In this document: positions 28,378-38,504 of the stretch, in pieces | How the letters are laid out: each line of letters begins with the position of its first letter | How positions within the stretch are numbered: position 1 is the stretch's first letter | Source: Sphingobacteriia bacterium | GTDB lineage: Bacteria; Bacteroidota; Bacteroidia; NS11-12g; UBA955 | Direction: 5' to 3' | NCBI GenBank assembly: GCA_021151535.1 | Contig: JAGKXC010000007.1 | Location: 8,434-72,433 of the forward strand | Length of the DNA: 64,000 nucleotides | Notes under the pieces: generated by a model | Told to the model about the DNA's origin: nothing | Database searches by the model: none | Seen by the model: the letters and a program-made list of their open reading frames with translations, nothing else | Program-made: the position numbers and the translations under genes

Positions 28378-29727
28378 ATGCAAATGCTTTCACAAATAGT
28401 TTTTGCTGCGATTTTGGCAGCTGGAATCTGGTTATTTGCCGGTAAAGTTAGATTCATAAGAAGAAACATTTTATTGGGCAGGGATGTGGATTTGAGCGAT
28501 AATCCTGCGGCGCGCTGGAAGCAAATGCTTTGGGTGGCCATGGGTCAGAGCAAAATGGCGAAGCGACCTGTAGCGGCATTTTTTCACTTGTTTGTTTATT
28601 TGGGATTTGTGTTGATCAACATTGAGGTGTTGGAGATTTTGATAGATGGATTGTTGGGAACCCACAGAGCATTTGCTCCATTTTTGGGGGGAGTATATGA
28701 TATCGCTATAGGATTTTTTGAGATATTGGCATTTTTGGTATTGGTTGCGTGTGTGGTTTTCTTAGCGCGCCGCTACGTTGCCAAAGTTCCGCGTTTAAAT
28801 AGCCGTGATTTGGTAGGTTGGCCGGTAAAAGATGCTACCATCATCTTGGTGGTTGAAATTGTTTTGATGGCAGCATTATTAAAAATGAATGCAGCTGAGC
28901 AGATTTTGGTTTCACGGGGAGAAATGGTAGCTCATGGAAGTTTCCCAATCAGTCAATATTTGGTTCCGATGATGGATGGATTTAGCACAGGCACTTTGCA
29001 TTTTGCTGAAAGAGCGGCTTGGTGGTTCCATTTCATTGGTATTTTGGTATTCTTGAATTACGTTCCTTATTCCAAGCATTGGCATATTATCATGAGTTTC
29101 CCCAATGTGTATTACTCAAGTTTAAAACCAAAGGGAGAACTAAACAATATTTCATCCATAACCACTGAGGTGAATTTGATGATGGATCCCAATGCACAGC
29201 CACCGGAAGGTTATGAGCCTCCAGTTGGATTTGGGGCTAGGGATGTGCAGGATTTGAGTTGGAAAAACTTGATGGACGCATACACTTGCACGGAATGTGG
29301 AAGATGTAGTAGTGTTTGTCCGGCAAATATCACAGGCAAATTATTATCGCCCCGAAAAATCATGATGAATACGCGTGATCGATTGGAGGAAGTGGGTTAT
29401 GGAATGGATCAGGCGATGAAGGCAGGAGAATTGAAAGCGGATGAAAATGGGGTGATGCCAAGATTTGAAGATGGCAAGGATTTGCACAATTATACCAGTG
29501 CAGAGGAGCTTTGGGCTTGCACTACTTGTAATGCATGTGCTGAGGCTTGTCCGGTGAATATAAACCCAGTAGATATTATTGTTCAGATGCGTCAATATTT
29601 GGTGATGGAGAAGAGTGCAGCGCCGGGAGAGTTGAACAATATGTTCACGAATATGGAGAACAATGGAGCGCCATGGCAATTTAACCAGATGGACAAGGCG
29701 AATTGGGCGATGAATTCTGAGGGATAA
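28378..29727 (+). CDS. (Fe-S)-binding membrane protein (NarI/HdrE-like TM domain fused to two 4Fe-4S ferredoxin motifs)
   Basis: About five N-terminal TM helices, then CTECGRCSSVCP and CTTCNACAEACP. Confidence 0.7.
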   Translation: MQMLSQIVFAAILAAGIWLFAGKVRFIRRNILLGRDVDLSDNPAARWKQMLWVAMGQSKMAKRPVAAFFHLFVYLGFVLINIEVLEILIDGLLGTHRAFAPFLGGVYDIAIGFFEILAFLVLVACVVFLARRYVAKVPRLNSRDLVGWPVKDATIILVVEIVLMAALLKMNAAEQILVSRGEMVAHGSFPISQYLVPMMDGFSTGTLHFAERAAWWFHFIGILVFLNYVPYSKHWHIIMSFPNVYYSSLKPKGELNNISSITTEVNLMMDPNAQPPEGYEPPVGFGARDVQDLSWKNLMDAYTCTECGRCSSVCPANITGKLLSPRKIMMNTRDRLEEVGYGMDQAMKAGELKADENGVMPRFEDGKDLHNYTSAEELWACTTCNACAEACPVNINPVDIIVQMRQYLVMEKSAAPGELNNMFTNMENNGAPWQFNQMDKANWAMNSEG

Positions 29728-29844
29728 TTCTTTGGAATAAAAGTAATTTCGGTTGAATTTGCCACAAAAGGGTGGTTAATGCCGAATATTTTGTTGTATT
29801 TTTGAGGCACGATGAATCATCTAAACGTTAATATTTTAGGAATT

Positions 29845-30027
29845 ATGGGTGGACAAGAATGGATTTGGATTTTAGTTTTGGTGCTATTGTTATTTGGCGG
29901 AAAGAAAATCCCTGAGTTGATGCGCGGTTTAGGCCGTGGCGTTCGTGAGTTTCAGGATGCTAAGAACAATGTTACTACGGAGATTCGCAAGGGCATGAAT
30001 GAAGAGCCCAACGAAGACAAAAAATAA
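29845..30027 (+). CDS. tatA: twin-arginine translocase subunit TatA/TatE
   Basis: [36 protein letters not shown] is the canonical TatA TM plus amphipathic-helix sequence; start moved to the internal ATG. Confidence 0.8.
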   Translation: MGGQEWIWILVLVLLLFGGKKIPELMRGLGRGVREFQDAKNNVTTEIRKGMNEEPNEDKK

Positions 30028-30042
30028 ATCAAAACGAATCGA

Positions 30043-31473
30043 TTGGAACACTATAGCCGGATTTCAGATATTCGGGAGGATTTGTTTTCGGGTAAGGTTA
30101 CTTGCACCGACTTGGTGAAGTATTACCTAAAAAACATTGAAGAAAAATCCCATTTAAATGCATTCTTAGAGGTTTGGGGCGATGAAGCTTTGTTGCGCGC
30201 TGCGGAAATAGATGGCAAAGTGAAGGCCGGTAATGCGGGTCGTTTGGCAGGAACCGTGATTGCGTTGAAGGATAATTTAAGCTACAAAAACCACAAGGTT
30301 AGTGCTTCTTCAAAGATATTGGAGGGGTTTGAATCTTTGTATTCAGCCACGGTGGTAGAAAGATTGTTAGCGGAAGATGCTATTTTTATTGGCCGCACCA
30401 ATTGCGATGAATTTGCAATGGGCGCATCGAATGAAAACAGTGCTTACGGTTTGGTGAAAAATGCTGCAAATGAAAGCAAAGTACCCGGAGGTTCATCAGG
30501 GGGAAGTGCTGTTGCAGTTCAAGCCAGGATGGCACATTGTTCATTGGGTAGCGATACAGGTGGATCAATCAGACAGCCTGCGGCATTTTGCGGACTGTAT
30601 GGATTAAAGCCTACTTATGGATTAATTTCACGTTGGGGTTTACTGGCTTATGCGTCAAGTTTTGACCAAATAGGACCTATGGCCCACTCGTTGGAGGATA
30701 CGGTTTTGTTAACCGAAATCATGGCAGGGAAAGACGAGCATGATGCTACGATGTTGCAGCAGGAATCGCCCGAATTTAAAGAACTTCAAGCACCTACTAA
30801 GGTGAAATTTGCGGTTATGCGCGATGCTGTAGAAGGCGAAGGCATTGCTGCGGATGTGAAGCAAAAGATGTTGAATTTGATTGCCGCATTAGAGAAAGAT
30901 GGGCACGAGGTGAGTTATTTCGATTTCCCGTTGTTGGAGTACATGGTTCCAGTTTATTATGTGCTAACTACGGCTGAGGCATCGAGTAATTTGAGTCGTT
31001 ACAGCGGCATGTTGTACGGTTATAGAAGTGAGAATGCTACAGATTTGGAATCTACATATGTGAAGAGCAGAACAGAGGGATTTGGAGCGGAAGTAAAGAG
31101 AAGAATTATGTTGGGTACTTTTGTTTTGAGCAGTGATCAGTATGATGCGTACTATGAGAAGGCTCAGAAAGTAAGAAGGGTAATTCAACAGGAAACGGAT
31201 AAAATTTTGGCGGGTGCGGATGCGATTTTGCTACCTACCACCAGCACGGCTGCTTTTGGAATTGGAGAGAAGGCAGCGAATCCCGTGGCGATGTACATGG
31301 CGGATTTGTTGACGGTACAGGCCAATTTGGCTGGTAATCCAGCAATTTCTATTCCAGCTGGTAACAATCAAGAACAATTGCCGATAGGAGTTCAGTTAAT
31401 GACGGGCAGAGGGGAAGAGCAGCAGTTGTTTGATATTTCTAAGTTAATTGCCAATACTTTGGCAACAATATAA
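30043..31473 (+). CDS. gatA: Asp-tRNA(Asn)/Glu-tRNA(Gln) amidotransferase subunit A
   Basis: Amidase signature GGSSGGSAVAVQA...GSDTGGSIRQPAAFCG; apparent TTG start. Confidence 0.9.
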   Translation: MEHYSRISDIREDLFSGKVTCTDLVKYYLKNIEEKSHLNAFLEVWGDEALLRAAEIDGKVKAGNAGRLAGTVIALKDNLSYKNHKVSASSKILEGFESLYSATVVERLLAEDAIFIGRTNCDEFAMGASNENSAYGLVKNAANESKVPGGSSGGSAVAVQARMAHCSLGSDTGGSIRQPAAFCGLYGLKPTYGLISRWGLLAYASSFDQIGPMAHSLEDTVLLTEIMAGKDEHDATMLQQESPEFKELQAPTKVKFAVMRDAVEGEGIAADVKQKMLNLIAALEKDGHEVSYFDFPLLEYMVPVYYVLTTAEASSNLSRYSGMLYGYRSENATDLESTYVKSRTEGFGAEVKRRIMLGTFVLSSDQYDAYYEKAQKVRRVIQQETDKILAGADAILLPTTSTAAFGIGEKAANPVAMYMADLLTVQANLAGNPAISIPAGNNQEQLPIGVQLMTGRGEEQQLFDISKLIANTLATI

Positions 31474-31476
31474 TTG

Positions 31477-32760
31477 ATGGGAAATTTGAAGGTAAGGGTA
31501 CTACTCGCGTTATTTTTTGTTTGGAGCTGGGCATTTTCCCAGTCGGATATTCAATTGAAAATTAAATCGTTGGAGAGTAAGGGGTTGCCTTATTTTTATA
31601 ACAACGATATTGAGCAAACGGTAAAGGATTGGTTAAAGAATGAGAATCAATCTACCAGTATTTTCTTGGGTCGTTTGCAGCATTTTCAACCAATGATTGA
31701 AAAGGCGCTACAGGAGAAGCAATTACCTTGGTTTTTGGTTTATTTGCCTGCGGGAACTACTGGATTTGAGCCAAGATTTAGGGATGAGGGTGGAAGTTCT
31801 GGTATGTGGCCGTTGGGTTTTACAATGGGCAAGAAATACGGCTTAAAGGAAACGGCATTGTTTGATGAGCGCCGGGATCCAGACAAAAGCACCATTGCCG
31901 CATTGTCTTATTTAAATGATTTGAATTTTATTTACCGGGATTGGTTAAAATCCATAACGGCATTTAGGGTTGGGGCGATAAGAATGAATCAGATTATTCA
32001 CGAGTTAAATGGTGATTTGGATTTTGACAGAATTTATCAATTATTGGAGCCAGAGGAAAGAATCACTGTGATTCAATTTTATTCTGCATTGGTTGTTTTA
32101 AATTATGCAACGGAATTTGGCATTAGGCCAGTACCTTATTTGGAAGATTCTTGGATTGAGGTGAAGAGTATCAATCAACCTGTTACATTTGGTGTGTTAA
32201 GAGATCATTTGGGGGTTGGAATAAGCGAATTGCGTATGTTGAATCCTGAATTGCGTGCCGATGTGATTCCTTACATGGGAAAGCAATTTGAGTTTAAGAT
32301 TCCAGCATCATTTGGCGGTAAATATGAGCAAATTCGCGATTCATTGCCGATGTGGTTGGTAGAGAGACGTGGGGGTGGATATGTTAATCAGGTGACAATG
32401 CCAACTGTGCGTAAGGAGCCCGTGGCAGATCAATCTAGAGATACTGCTATAACTATGGAGATTGCTAGTAATGATCAAAGTGTTGTGGAAGGTGAGGGTG
32501 TTACTCCACCAAAGCCAAAAAATTTGCAGCAGAAGGTTTGGGTTTATTACAAGGTAAAATCGGGCGATGCAGTATTTACTTTGAGTGATGTATTTGATTG
32601 CACACCAGAGCAATTACGCTCGTGGAACCATATGCATAACAATGCAATCAAAGTGGGAATGAGTTTAAAATTCTATGTTCCTGCTGCACAAAAAGGTTTT
32701 TATACGAAGATCAACGCCATGAGTATTTCTCAAAAGAGAACATTGGCGGGAAAAGATTGA
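31477..32760 (+). CDS. lytic transglycosylase (SLT-domain, MltD-like) with C-terminal LysM
   Basis: Signal peptide, SLT-like N-terminal half, and LysM (YKVKSGDAVFTLSDVF...LRSWN). Confidence 0.7.
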   Translation: MGNLKVRVLLALFFVWSWAFSQSDIQLKIKSLESKGLPYFYNNDIEQTVKDWLKNENQSTSIFLGRLQHFQPMIEKALQEKQLPWFLVYLPAGTTGFEPRFRDEGGSSGMWPLGFTMGKKYGLKETALFDERRDPDKSTIAALSYLNDLNFIYRDWLKSITAFRVGAIRMNQIIHELNGDLDFDRIYQLLEPEERITVIQFYSALVVLNYATEFGIRPVPYLEDSWIEVKSINQPVTFGVLRDHLGVGISELRMLNPELRADVIPYMGKQFEFKIPASFGGKYEQIRDSLPMWLVERRGGGYVNQVTMPTVRKEPVADQSRDTAITMEIASNDQSVVEGEGVTPPKPKNLQQKVWVYYKVKSGDAVFTLSDVFDCTPEQLRSWNHMHNNAIKVGMSLKFYVPAAQKGFYTKINAMSISQKRTLAGKD

Positions 32761-32766
32761 TGCAGC

Positions 32767-34230
32767 ATGGAGGTTCATCGCATGCAGAATTACCATAGGC
32801 AGTTGAAAGTTGGCGCGTTAAGACAGGTTTTGTTGTGTTTGGTTTCTTTTGTTTTTGCAGCAGGATTGAAGGGGCAAATTGGATTTCACAAGGCTGAGGG
32901 TATTTTTCATGTTGATGGTATTTTGGAAGAGAAGGATTGGGCTTTATCCACTTATTTGAATCCTAATTCAAACACAGGTTTAAGCAATGAGATTGGGAAA
33001 TTGTTGCAATCCAAAGATTCGATTTCTGGTTGGTACGGCAATTTTACACAGTATTATCCCTACGATACATCCAAATCGAAAACAAAAACACGCTTTCGAT
33101 TGGCATATACGGATAAAGCGTTGTATATAGGCATTATTTGTGAAAATAGAACACCGCTTAAAAACTTTGTAATCAATGGGTTAAAGCGAGATTTTAGTGT
33201 TACCAACACCGATGCGGTGGTAATTACACTTTCTCCTTTCCGCGATGGTCAGAATGGATTTTCATTTGGTATTAGTCCTTTTAACATGCAACGAGAAGGA
33301 TCGGTTGAAAATGGTGGCGGATTTGGAGTTACAACAGCATGGGACCAGGTATGGCATAGCGCCACGAAATTGGGCGATAGTTTTTGGACGGCTGAATTGA
33401 TGATTCCTTTGAATTCATTGCGGTTTGTGCCAGGTGAAGACCATTGGGATGTGAATGTGGCTCGATTTGATTTGAAGAACAACGAAATTTCAAATTTTTC
33501 AAGAGTACCACGAAATTTCAATGTAAGTACATTGTTATATGCGAAGCCCATGTATTTCTTGGGTGGGACCTTGGAAAAGAAGAGCAGAAATTTGGTATTG
33601 GTGCCTTATTTAAGTGCGAATGCAATACAGCCCAAAAGGCAGAACCCTTATGATATTTCGCCTAAAGTTGGATTTGATGCCAAGTTGGGTGTAAGTAGGA
33701 GTTTGAATTTGGATATTACAGCCAACCCTGATTTTGCTCAAGTGGATGTAGATGTTCAGCAGATTAATTTAACCCGTTTCAGTTTGTTTTTCCCAGAGCG
33801 TAGGCAATTTTTCATAGAGAATTCGGATTTGTTTGCCAGTTTTGGATTTAGGCAGATTCGTCCATTCTTTTCAAGACGAATTGGATTGAGTGATTTTGGT
33901 CCTGTGCCTATTTTGGCGGGGATGCGACTGAGCGGAAAAATGGGTACGGGATTGCGCATTGGTGCCATGAATATTACCACAGGCGCCTTACCTCAGTACG
34001 GCGTGAAAACTACCAATTATTCGGTTTTTGCCTTTCAAAAGAAGGTGTTTGCGGCCAGTAATATTGGTTTTATTGGGGTGCACGATCAGAAGTTGGATAC
34101 CCAAAAGGATTATAATACTGTGTTGGGATTGGAATTCAATTTGTTAACCAAGAACAATCGTTGGGGTGGTAAAGGATTTGTACAGAAATCTTTTTATCCT
34201 GGGTTGTTAGGTGTCGGAATCGGAATCTGA
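32767..34230 (+). CDS. DUF5916/CBM9-like protein, N-terminal about 487 aa (probably the same gene as the next ORF, split by a frameshift)
   Basis: Signal peptide; carbohydrate-binding-family-9-like N-terminus; ORF ends at GVGIGI-stop inside a CGGAAT-CGGAAT repeat. Confidence 0.55.
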   Translation: MEVHRMQNYHRQLKVGALRQVLLCLVSFVFAAGLKGQIGFHKAEGIFHVDGILEEKDWALSTYLNPNSNTGLSNEIGKLLQSKDSISGWYGNFTQYYPYDTSKSKTKTRFRLAYTDKALYIGIICENRTPLKNFVINGLKRDFSVTNTDAVVITLSPFRDGQNGFSFGISPFNMQREGSVENGGGFGVTTAWDQVWHSATKLGDSFWTAELMIPLNSLRFVPGEDHWDVNVARFDLKNNEISNFSRVPRNFNVSTLLYAKPMYFLGGTLEKKSRNLVLVPYLSANAIQPKRQNPYDISPKVGFDAKLGVSRSLNLDITANPDFAQVDVDVQQINLTRFSLFFPERRQFFIENSDLFASFGFRQIRPFFSRRIGLSDFGPVPILAGMRLSGKMGTGLRIGAMNITTGALPQYGVKTTNYSVFAFQKKVFAASNIGFIGVHDQKLDTQKDYNTVLGLEFNLLTKNNRWGGKGFVQKSFYPGLLGVGIGI

Positions 34231-34843
34231 ATTGGGTTGTAGCACAGCATTGCAAAACAGTGCATTGGCTTATTTTAGCGTTAACCATAGCTATCAGCGA
34301 TTGTTTATTCCCTTTAAGCCTTTTGCGAAATTGCCTACCTTTTATGGGGAGCATCAGTGGTTAAGTTTGCATGGTGAGTTTACAACTAACAACCGCAAAC
34401 CTTTGTATTGTTTTACGGAAGTATTGTATGGCGGTTATTACATGGGTAAGAAATTGGAGTTTACTGGAGAGTTGAATTACCGATTGCCACCGATGGGGGC
34501 AAAGCACTTGCCGCGTTGGGTTGTGAGTGGAAACTGGAATTTGATTCGCGTAAATGATGTTGCTTCAAATCTGAATGCCAAGGTGAATTTATTTGGCGTA
34601 AAGGTGGAGCATAGTTTCAGCACCATTTGTTATTTAACGAGCTATTTTCAATACAATTCTCAAGCGGAGCGAATGAATATTAATATTCGTTTCCAATATA
34701 GATACAGGCCGATGAGCGACATATTTGTGGTGTTCTCACAAAACTGGAATCAGCAATATTTAACGCCGGGTTTAACGGATTACAAGTGGCAATCTATGGT
34801 TAGATCGTTGGCGGTAAAGTGGGTTTACTGGTTAAATACCTAA
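34211..34843 (+). CDS. C-terminal beta-strand-rich portion of the DUF5916-like protein (+1 frame; 20-nt overlap with the previous ORF)
   Basis: Frame 2 ORF opens with GTG right at the repeat; alternating beta-like sequence that ends WLNT. Confidence 0.4.
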   Translation: MSESESELGCSTALQNSALAYFSVNHSYQRLFIPFKPFAKLPTFYGEHQWLSLHGEFTTNNRKPLYCFTEVLYGGYYMGKKLEFTGELNYRLPPMGAKHLPRWVVSGNWNLIRVNDVASNLNAKVNLFGVKVEHSFSTICYLTSYFQYNSQAERMNINIRFQYRYRPMSDIFVVFSQNWNQQYLTPGLTDYKWQSMVRSLAVKWVYWLNT

Positions 34844-34869
34844 GAGTTTAGAGAAATACGGCAATTGGT

Positions 34870-35664
34870 CTAGAACCCGTCGCCATCTAATAGATTACCG
34901 AATCCACCTAAAATTGAGCCTTCTTCACGTCGATTTCCTGGAGCGCCATAGCTAAGGATTTTTCCAGCCAATCTAGAAACTGGCAAACTTTGCAGCCATA
35001 CTTTACCGGGACCGCGGAGTACGGCGAAGAATAATCCTTCACCGCCGAAGATGGCATTTTTCACACCTCTCATCATTTGGATATCGTAATCGATGCCATG
35101 GGTAAATGCCACGATACATCCGGTATCGATGCGCAAAATTTCACCGGGCTGGAGCGTACGTTCGAGGATATGTCCGCCGGCATGCACAAAAGCAAAGCCA
35201 TCGCCTTCTAATTTTTGCATGATAAAACCTTCACCGCCAAACAGGCCAGTTCCAAGTCGTTTTTGGAATTCAATTCCAACGGAAACGCCTTTTGCTGCGC
35301 AAAGGAAAGAATCTTTTTGGCAAATTACTTTGCCGCCGAGTTGGAGCAAATCAAGAGGCACAATTTTGCCGGCGTAGGGGCCTGCAAAAGTTACGCGGGC
35401 TTTGTTGTAGCCCATGTTTGTGAAGGCAGTCATGAAGAGTGATTCGCCGGTTAACACGCGTTTTCCGGCGCTCATCAATTTGCCTAGGAAGCCATTATTT
35501 TGTTGAGATCCATCGCCGAAAATGGTTTCCATTTCAATGCCATTGTCCATGAACATGAAGGCTCCGCTTTCTGCCATAACAGTTTCTTGCGGATCTAATT
35601 CAATTTCAACGCATTGCATTTCTTCACCGAAGATGCGGTAATCAATTTCGTGATTATTTCTCAT
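34870..35664 (-). CDS. TIGR00266/AIM24-family protein
   Basis: [25 protein letters not shown]...AESGAFMFM matches the DUF124/AIM24 family. Confidence 0.8.
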   Translation of the reverse strand: MRNNHEIDYRIFGEEMQCVEIELDPQETVMAESGAFMFMDNGIEMETIFGDGSQQNNGFLGKLMSAGKRVLTGESLFMTAFTNMGYNKARVTFAGPYAGKIVPLDLLQLGGKVICQKDSFLCAAKGVSVGIEFQKRLGTGLFGGEGFIMQKLEGDGFAFVHAGGHILERTLQPGEILRIDTGCIVAFTHGIDYDIQMMRGVKNAIFGGEGLFFAVLRGPGKVWLQSLPVSRLAGKILSYGAPGNRREEGSILGGFGNLLDGDGF

Positions 35665-35667
35665 GGT

Positions 35668-36687
35668 TTAGTTTTGGGTTTGTGCAGTTTTTTTCAAAGC
35701 CAAGATAGAGAAATCTGTTTTTTCTGCTTTGATGGTATTGCTTAGGAAGCCCAATCCAGTGATTTCCATGTCAACTACATCGCCATCTTGAAGCCATTGT
35801 TCTGGGTATTCTGGGTTGTTTAATTTTCCTGTGCCGTTTAATTCCAGGAAGCAACCGGTACCAACTGTACCTGAACCAATTACATCGCCAGGGAATACAT
35901 CTACGCCGTATGCGCAACGCTCAATGATTTCTGCAAAGGTCCAGTCCATATCGCCCATATTCCCTTCACTTACTTGAACGCCGTTTACCCAGCACTTCAT
36001 GGAGAGGTTGTAGTTGTTGCCAACGTGGCCTGGTTTTGCAGGAATTTTATAGGCTTCTAACTCATCGGGTGTTACCATCCAAGGGCCTATTACGGTGCTA
36101 AAATCTTTGCCTTTTGCAGGGCCGAGGTTTAGCAACATTTCTTCCATTTGGAGTGTACGTGCGCTCATATCGTTCATGATCATGTATCCGGCGATGTATT
36201 CATCTGCATTTTCGGCTTTGATATTTCTGCCTTTTTTACCCAAAACTACGGCCGCTTCTAATTCAAAATCGAGTTTGCGGAAATGGTCGGGCATGCAAGG
36301 AATTTCGCCAGGACCTTGAATTGCATTGTGGTTGGTGAAGTAGAAAATGGGGTATTGATCAAATTCAGGAATCATGGGAACGCCACGGTTTCTGCGGGCT
36401 GCAGCCACGTGTTGACGGAAGGCATAGCCATCGCGACAGCTAGTTGGCTGAGGAACTGGCGCTTGTAAAATTTGTGGAGTGAAGGCGGTTGCCAATGACA
36501 GATGGTTACCATCAAGTATTTGTTTTTCTACGATACGCGCCAACGCAGACTGGTTGTCCCAATCTTGCAACATACCTCTCATACTTGCAGAGATTTGTGG
36601 GTTGATGGCGTGTAAGGGATATAGATTTTCGTTAACGAGGATGCCGGTTTGGGCTTCGTTTTGGTAGATATATGTTACCAATTTCAT
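35668..36687 (-). CDS. fumarylacetoacetate hydrolase (FAH) family protein
   Basis: FAH-fold sequence (...GPGEIPCMPDHF...); start moved to ATG 36687 (MKLVTY) instead of TTG 36705. Confidence 0.75.
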   Translation of the reverse strand: MKLVTYIYQNEAQTGILVNENLYPLHAINPQISASMRGMLQDWDNQSALARIVEKQILDGNHLSLATAFTPQILQAPVPQPTSCRDGYAFRQHVAAARRNRGVPMIPEFDQYPIFYFTNHNAIQGPGEIPCMPDHFRKLDFELEAAVVLGKKGRNIKAENADEYIAGYMIMNDMSARTLQMEEMLLNLGPAKGKDFSTVIGPWMVTPDELEAYKIPAKPGHVGNNYNLSMKCWVNGVQVSEGNMGDMDWTFAEIIERCAYGVDVFPGDVIGSGTVGTGCFLELNGTGKLNNPEYPEQWLQDGDVVDMEITGLGFLSNTIKAEKTDFSILALKKTAQTQN

Positions 36688-36865
36688 AAATACAAAATTA
36701 CGCAAATTTGGGCGGATTTATTTGAAAATTGCGATGGGGGTGTTGGGCGATTAGTGAGAATTGCGGAGATTTGCTCAAGCAAAGGTTTTAATGTGATTGA
36801 GATGCGGGAATGGAGTTTTTCCGGCGATACTATAAAGACTTTTGACAAATAGAATTAATTATTCG

Positions 36866-37804
36866 ATGCAAGGAAAACAAAAGGTTTTGGTAACAGGCAG
36901 CAATGGGTTGTTGGGTCAGAAGCTCACTGATTTATTTATTGGTAAGCCTGAATGGGAATTGGTAGCAACAGGGGTTGGAGTCAATCGTTATCCTGTGGCT
37001 GCGGCTGAGTGGAGTGAACGGGAAGGTCAGTTGGTTGGCAGTTATCGGTATGAGAGTTTGGATGTTACGGATGCTGCTGCAGTAGAAGCATTGTTGACGA
37101 AAGAGATGCCAGACGTGGTTATTCACACGGCGGCGATGACGCAGGTAGATGACTGTGAATTCAAAAAAGAGGCTTGTGTTGCGTTGAACATTGATGCGGT
37201 GGCGAATTTGGCAAAATTGAGCACCACTTTGGGATTTCACTTGGTGCATGTGAGCACGGATTTCATTTTTGACGGTACCAAGGCGATGGTAACGGAAGAG
37301 GAAGAGCCCAATCCATTGAGTTATTATGGTTGGAGCAAATGGGAAGGGGAGAAGGCGGTAATGGAATTTGCCAATTCGTATTCGATTTTGAGAACGGTTT
37401 TGGTATACGGCAAGGTGGCCGACATGAGCCGGAACAACATTGTGTTATGGGCGTATCAGACCTTGAAGGAGGGCAAAGCGGCCAATGTGGTGGTGGATCA
37501 ATTCAGAACGCCTACTTTGGCGGAGGATTTGGCGATGGGCTGTTACTTGGCTGCGGAAAAACGCGCGCAAGGGATTTATCATATTGCAGGCAAAGATTAT
37601 ATGAGTATCATTGAGTTGGTAGAGCGGGTAGCGCGTTTTTACGGATTTTCGATGGATTCGATTAACAGGGTAGATTCTAGCACATTGAATCAACCGGCGA
37701 AACGGCCACCTGATACGGGTTTGGATATTCGCAAAGCATGTGAAATTTTGGGATATGAACCCCACAGTTTTGAGGAGGGTTTGGCTTTATTAAACTTGCA
37801 ATAA
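36866..37804 (+). CDS. dTDP-4-dehydrorhamnose reductase-like (RmlD family) NAD(P)-dependent reductase
   Basis: VLVTGSNGLLG Rossmann motif and VSTDFIFDG (RmlD STDYVFDG-like). Confidence 0.7.
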   Translation: MQGKQKVLVTGSNGLLGQKLTDLFIGKPEWELVATGVGVNRYPVAAAEWSEREGQLVGSYRYESLDVTDAAAVEALLTKEMPDVVIHTAAMTQVDDCEFKKEACVALNIDAVANLAKLSTTLGFHLVHVSTDFIFDGTKAMVTEEEEPNPLSYYGWSKWEGEKAVMEFANSYSILRTVLVYGKVADMSRNNIVLWAYQTLKEGKAANVVVDQFRTPTLAEDLAMGCYLAAEKRAQGIYHIAGKDYMSIIELVERVARFYGFSMDSINRVDSSTLNQPAKRPPDTGLDIRKACEILGYEPHSFEEGLALLNLQ

Positions 37805-37891
37805 CTTAACTGATAATTATCATCAGAATTTGCTTGAACAATTGTTTACATTTGCATTTAACCAAGATAGAAAAACATAAAATTTATCGCC

Positions 37892-38410
37892 ATGGAAATA
37901 CGCGCACCTTTTAATTTAGAGAAATGGATTGCTGAAAACAGGCATTTATTAAAGCCACCTGTAGCCAATAAAAACTTGTATCCAGAAGGTTCTGATTACA
38001 TTGTTATGGTTGTGGGCGGTCCTAATTCTCGTAAGGATTATCACTATAACCAAACGGAGGAATTATTCTATCAGTTGGAGGGTGAAATTACGGTTGCTAC
38101 CCAACAAAATGGCCAAAGAGTGGATGTAAAATTGGGCCCTGGCGATATGTTCTTTTTACCTGGTGGTATTCCACATTCACCGGGCAGAACCGAAGGTAGT
38201 GTGGGTTTAGTGATTGAACGCGTAAGAGCGGGTAAAGGATTCACAGATGGGTTGTTGTGGTTTTGCGAAAAATGCAACAACAAATTGCATGAAGCTTATT
38301 TTGAGTTGAATGATATTGAAAACGATTTTCTTTCTCATTTCAACGAATATTATAACTCTGAAGATTTGCGTACTTGCAAAGCTTGTGGGCATGTAATGCA
38401 AAAGCCTTAA
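37892..38410 (+). CDS. 3-hydroxyanthranilate 3,4-dioxygenase
   Basis: Cupin sequence matching HAAO (HYNQTEELFYQLEG...MFFLPGGIPHSP) plus C-terminal rubredoxin-like CEKC...CKAC. Confidence 0.85.
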   Translation: MEIRAPFNLEKWIAENRHLLKPPVANKNLYPEGSDYIVMVVGGPNSRKDYHYNQTEELFYQLEGEITVATQQNGQRVDVKLGPGDMFFLPGGIPHSPGRTEGSVGLVIERVRAGKGFTDGLLWFCEKCNNKLHEAYFELNDIENDFLSHFNEYYNSEDLRTCKACGHVMQKP

Positions 38411-38466
38411 GGACTTTAGGACTCTGAAAGTAAAAGAGGAATCAATTGGAATCTGTTTTCAAGGGG

Positions 38467-38494
38467 TTGTTCTGCTAGAAAATGCGTAAATTTG
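38467..38494 (+). promoter_or_regulatory. Bacteroidota-type promoter for purF (-33 TTG, -7 TAAATTTG)
   Basis: TTG at 38467-38469 and TAAATTTG at 38487-38494 (17-nt spacing), 11 nt before the ATG. Confidence 0.4.
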
Positions 38495-38504
38495 TAACTC
38501 TTTT

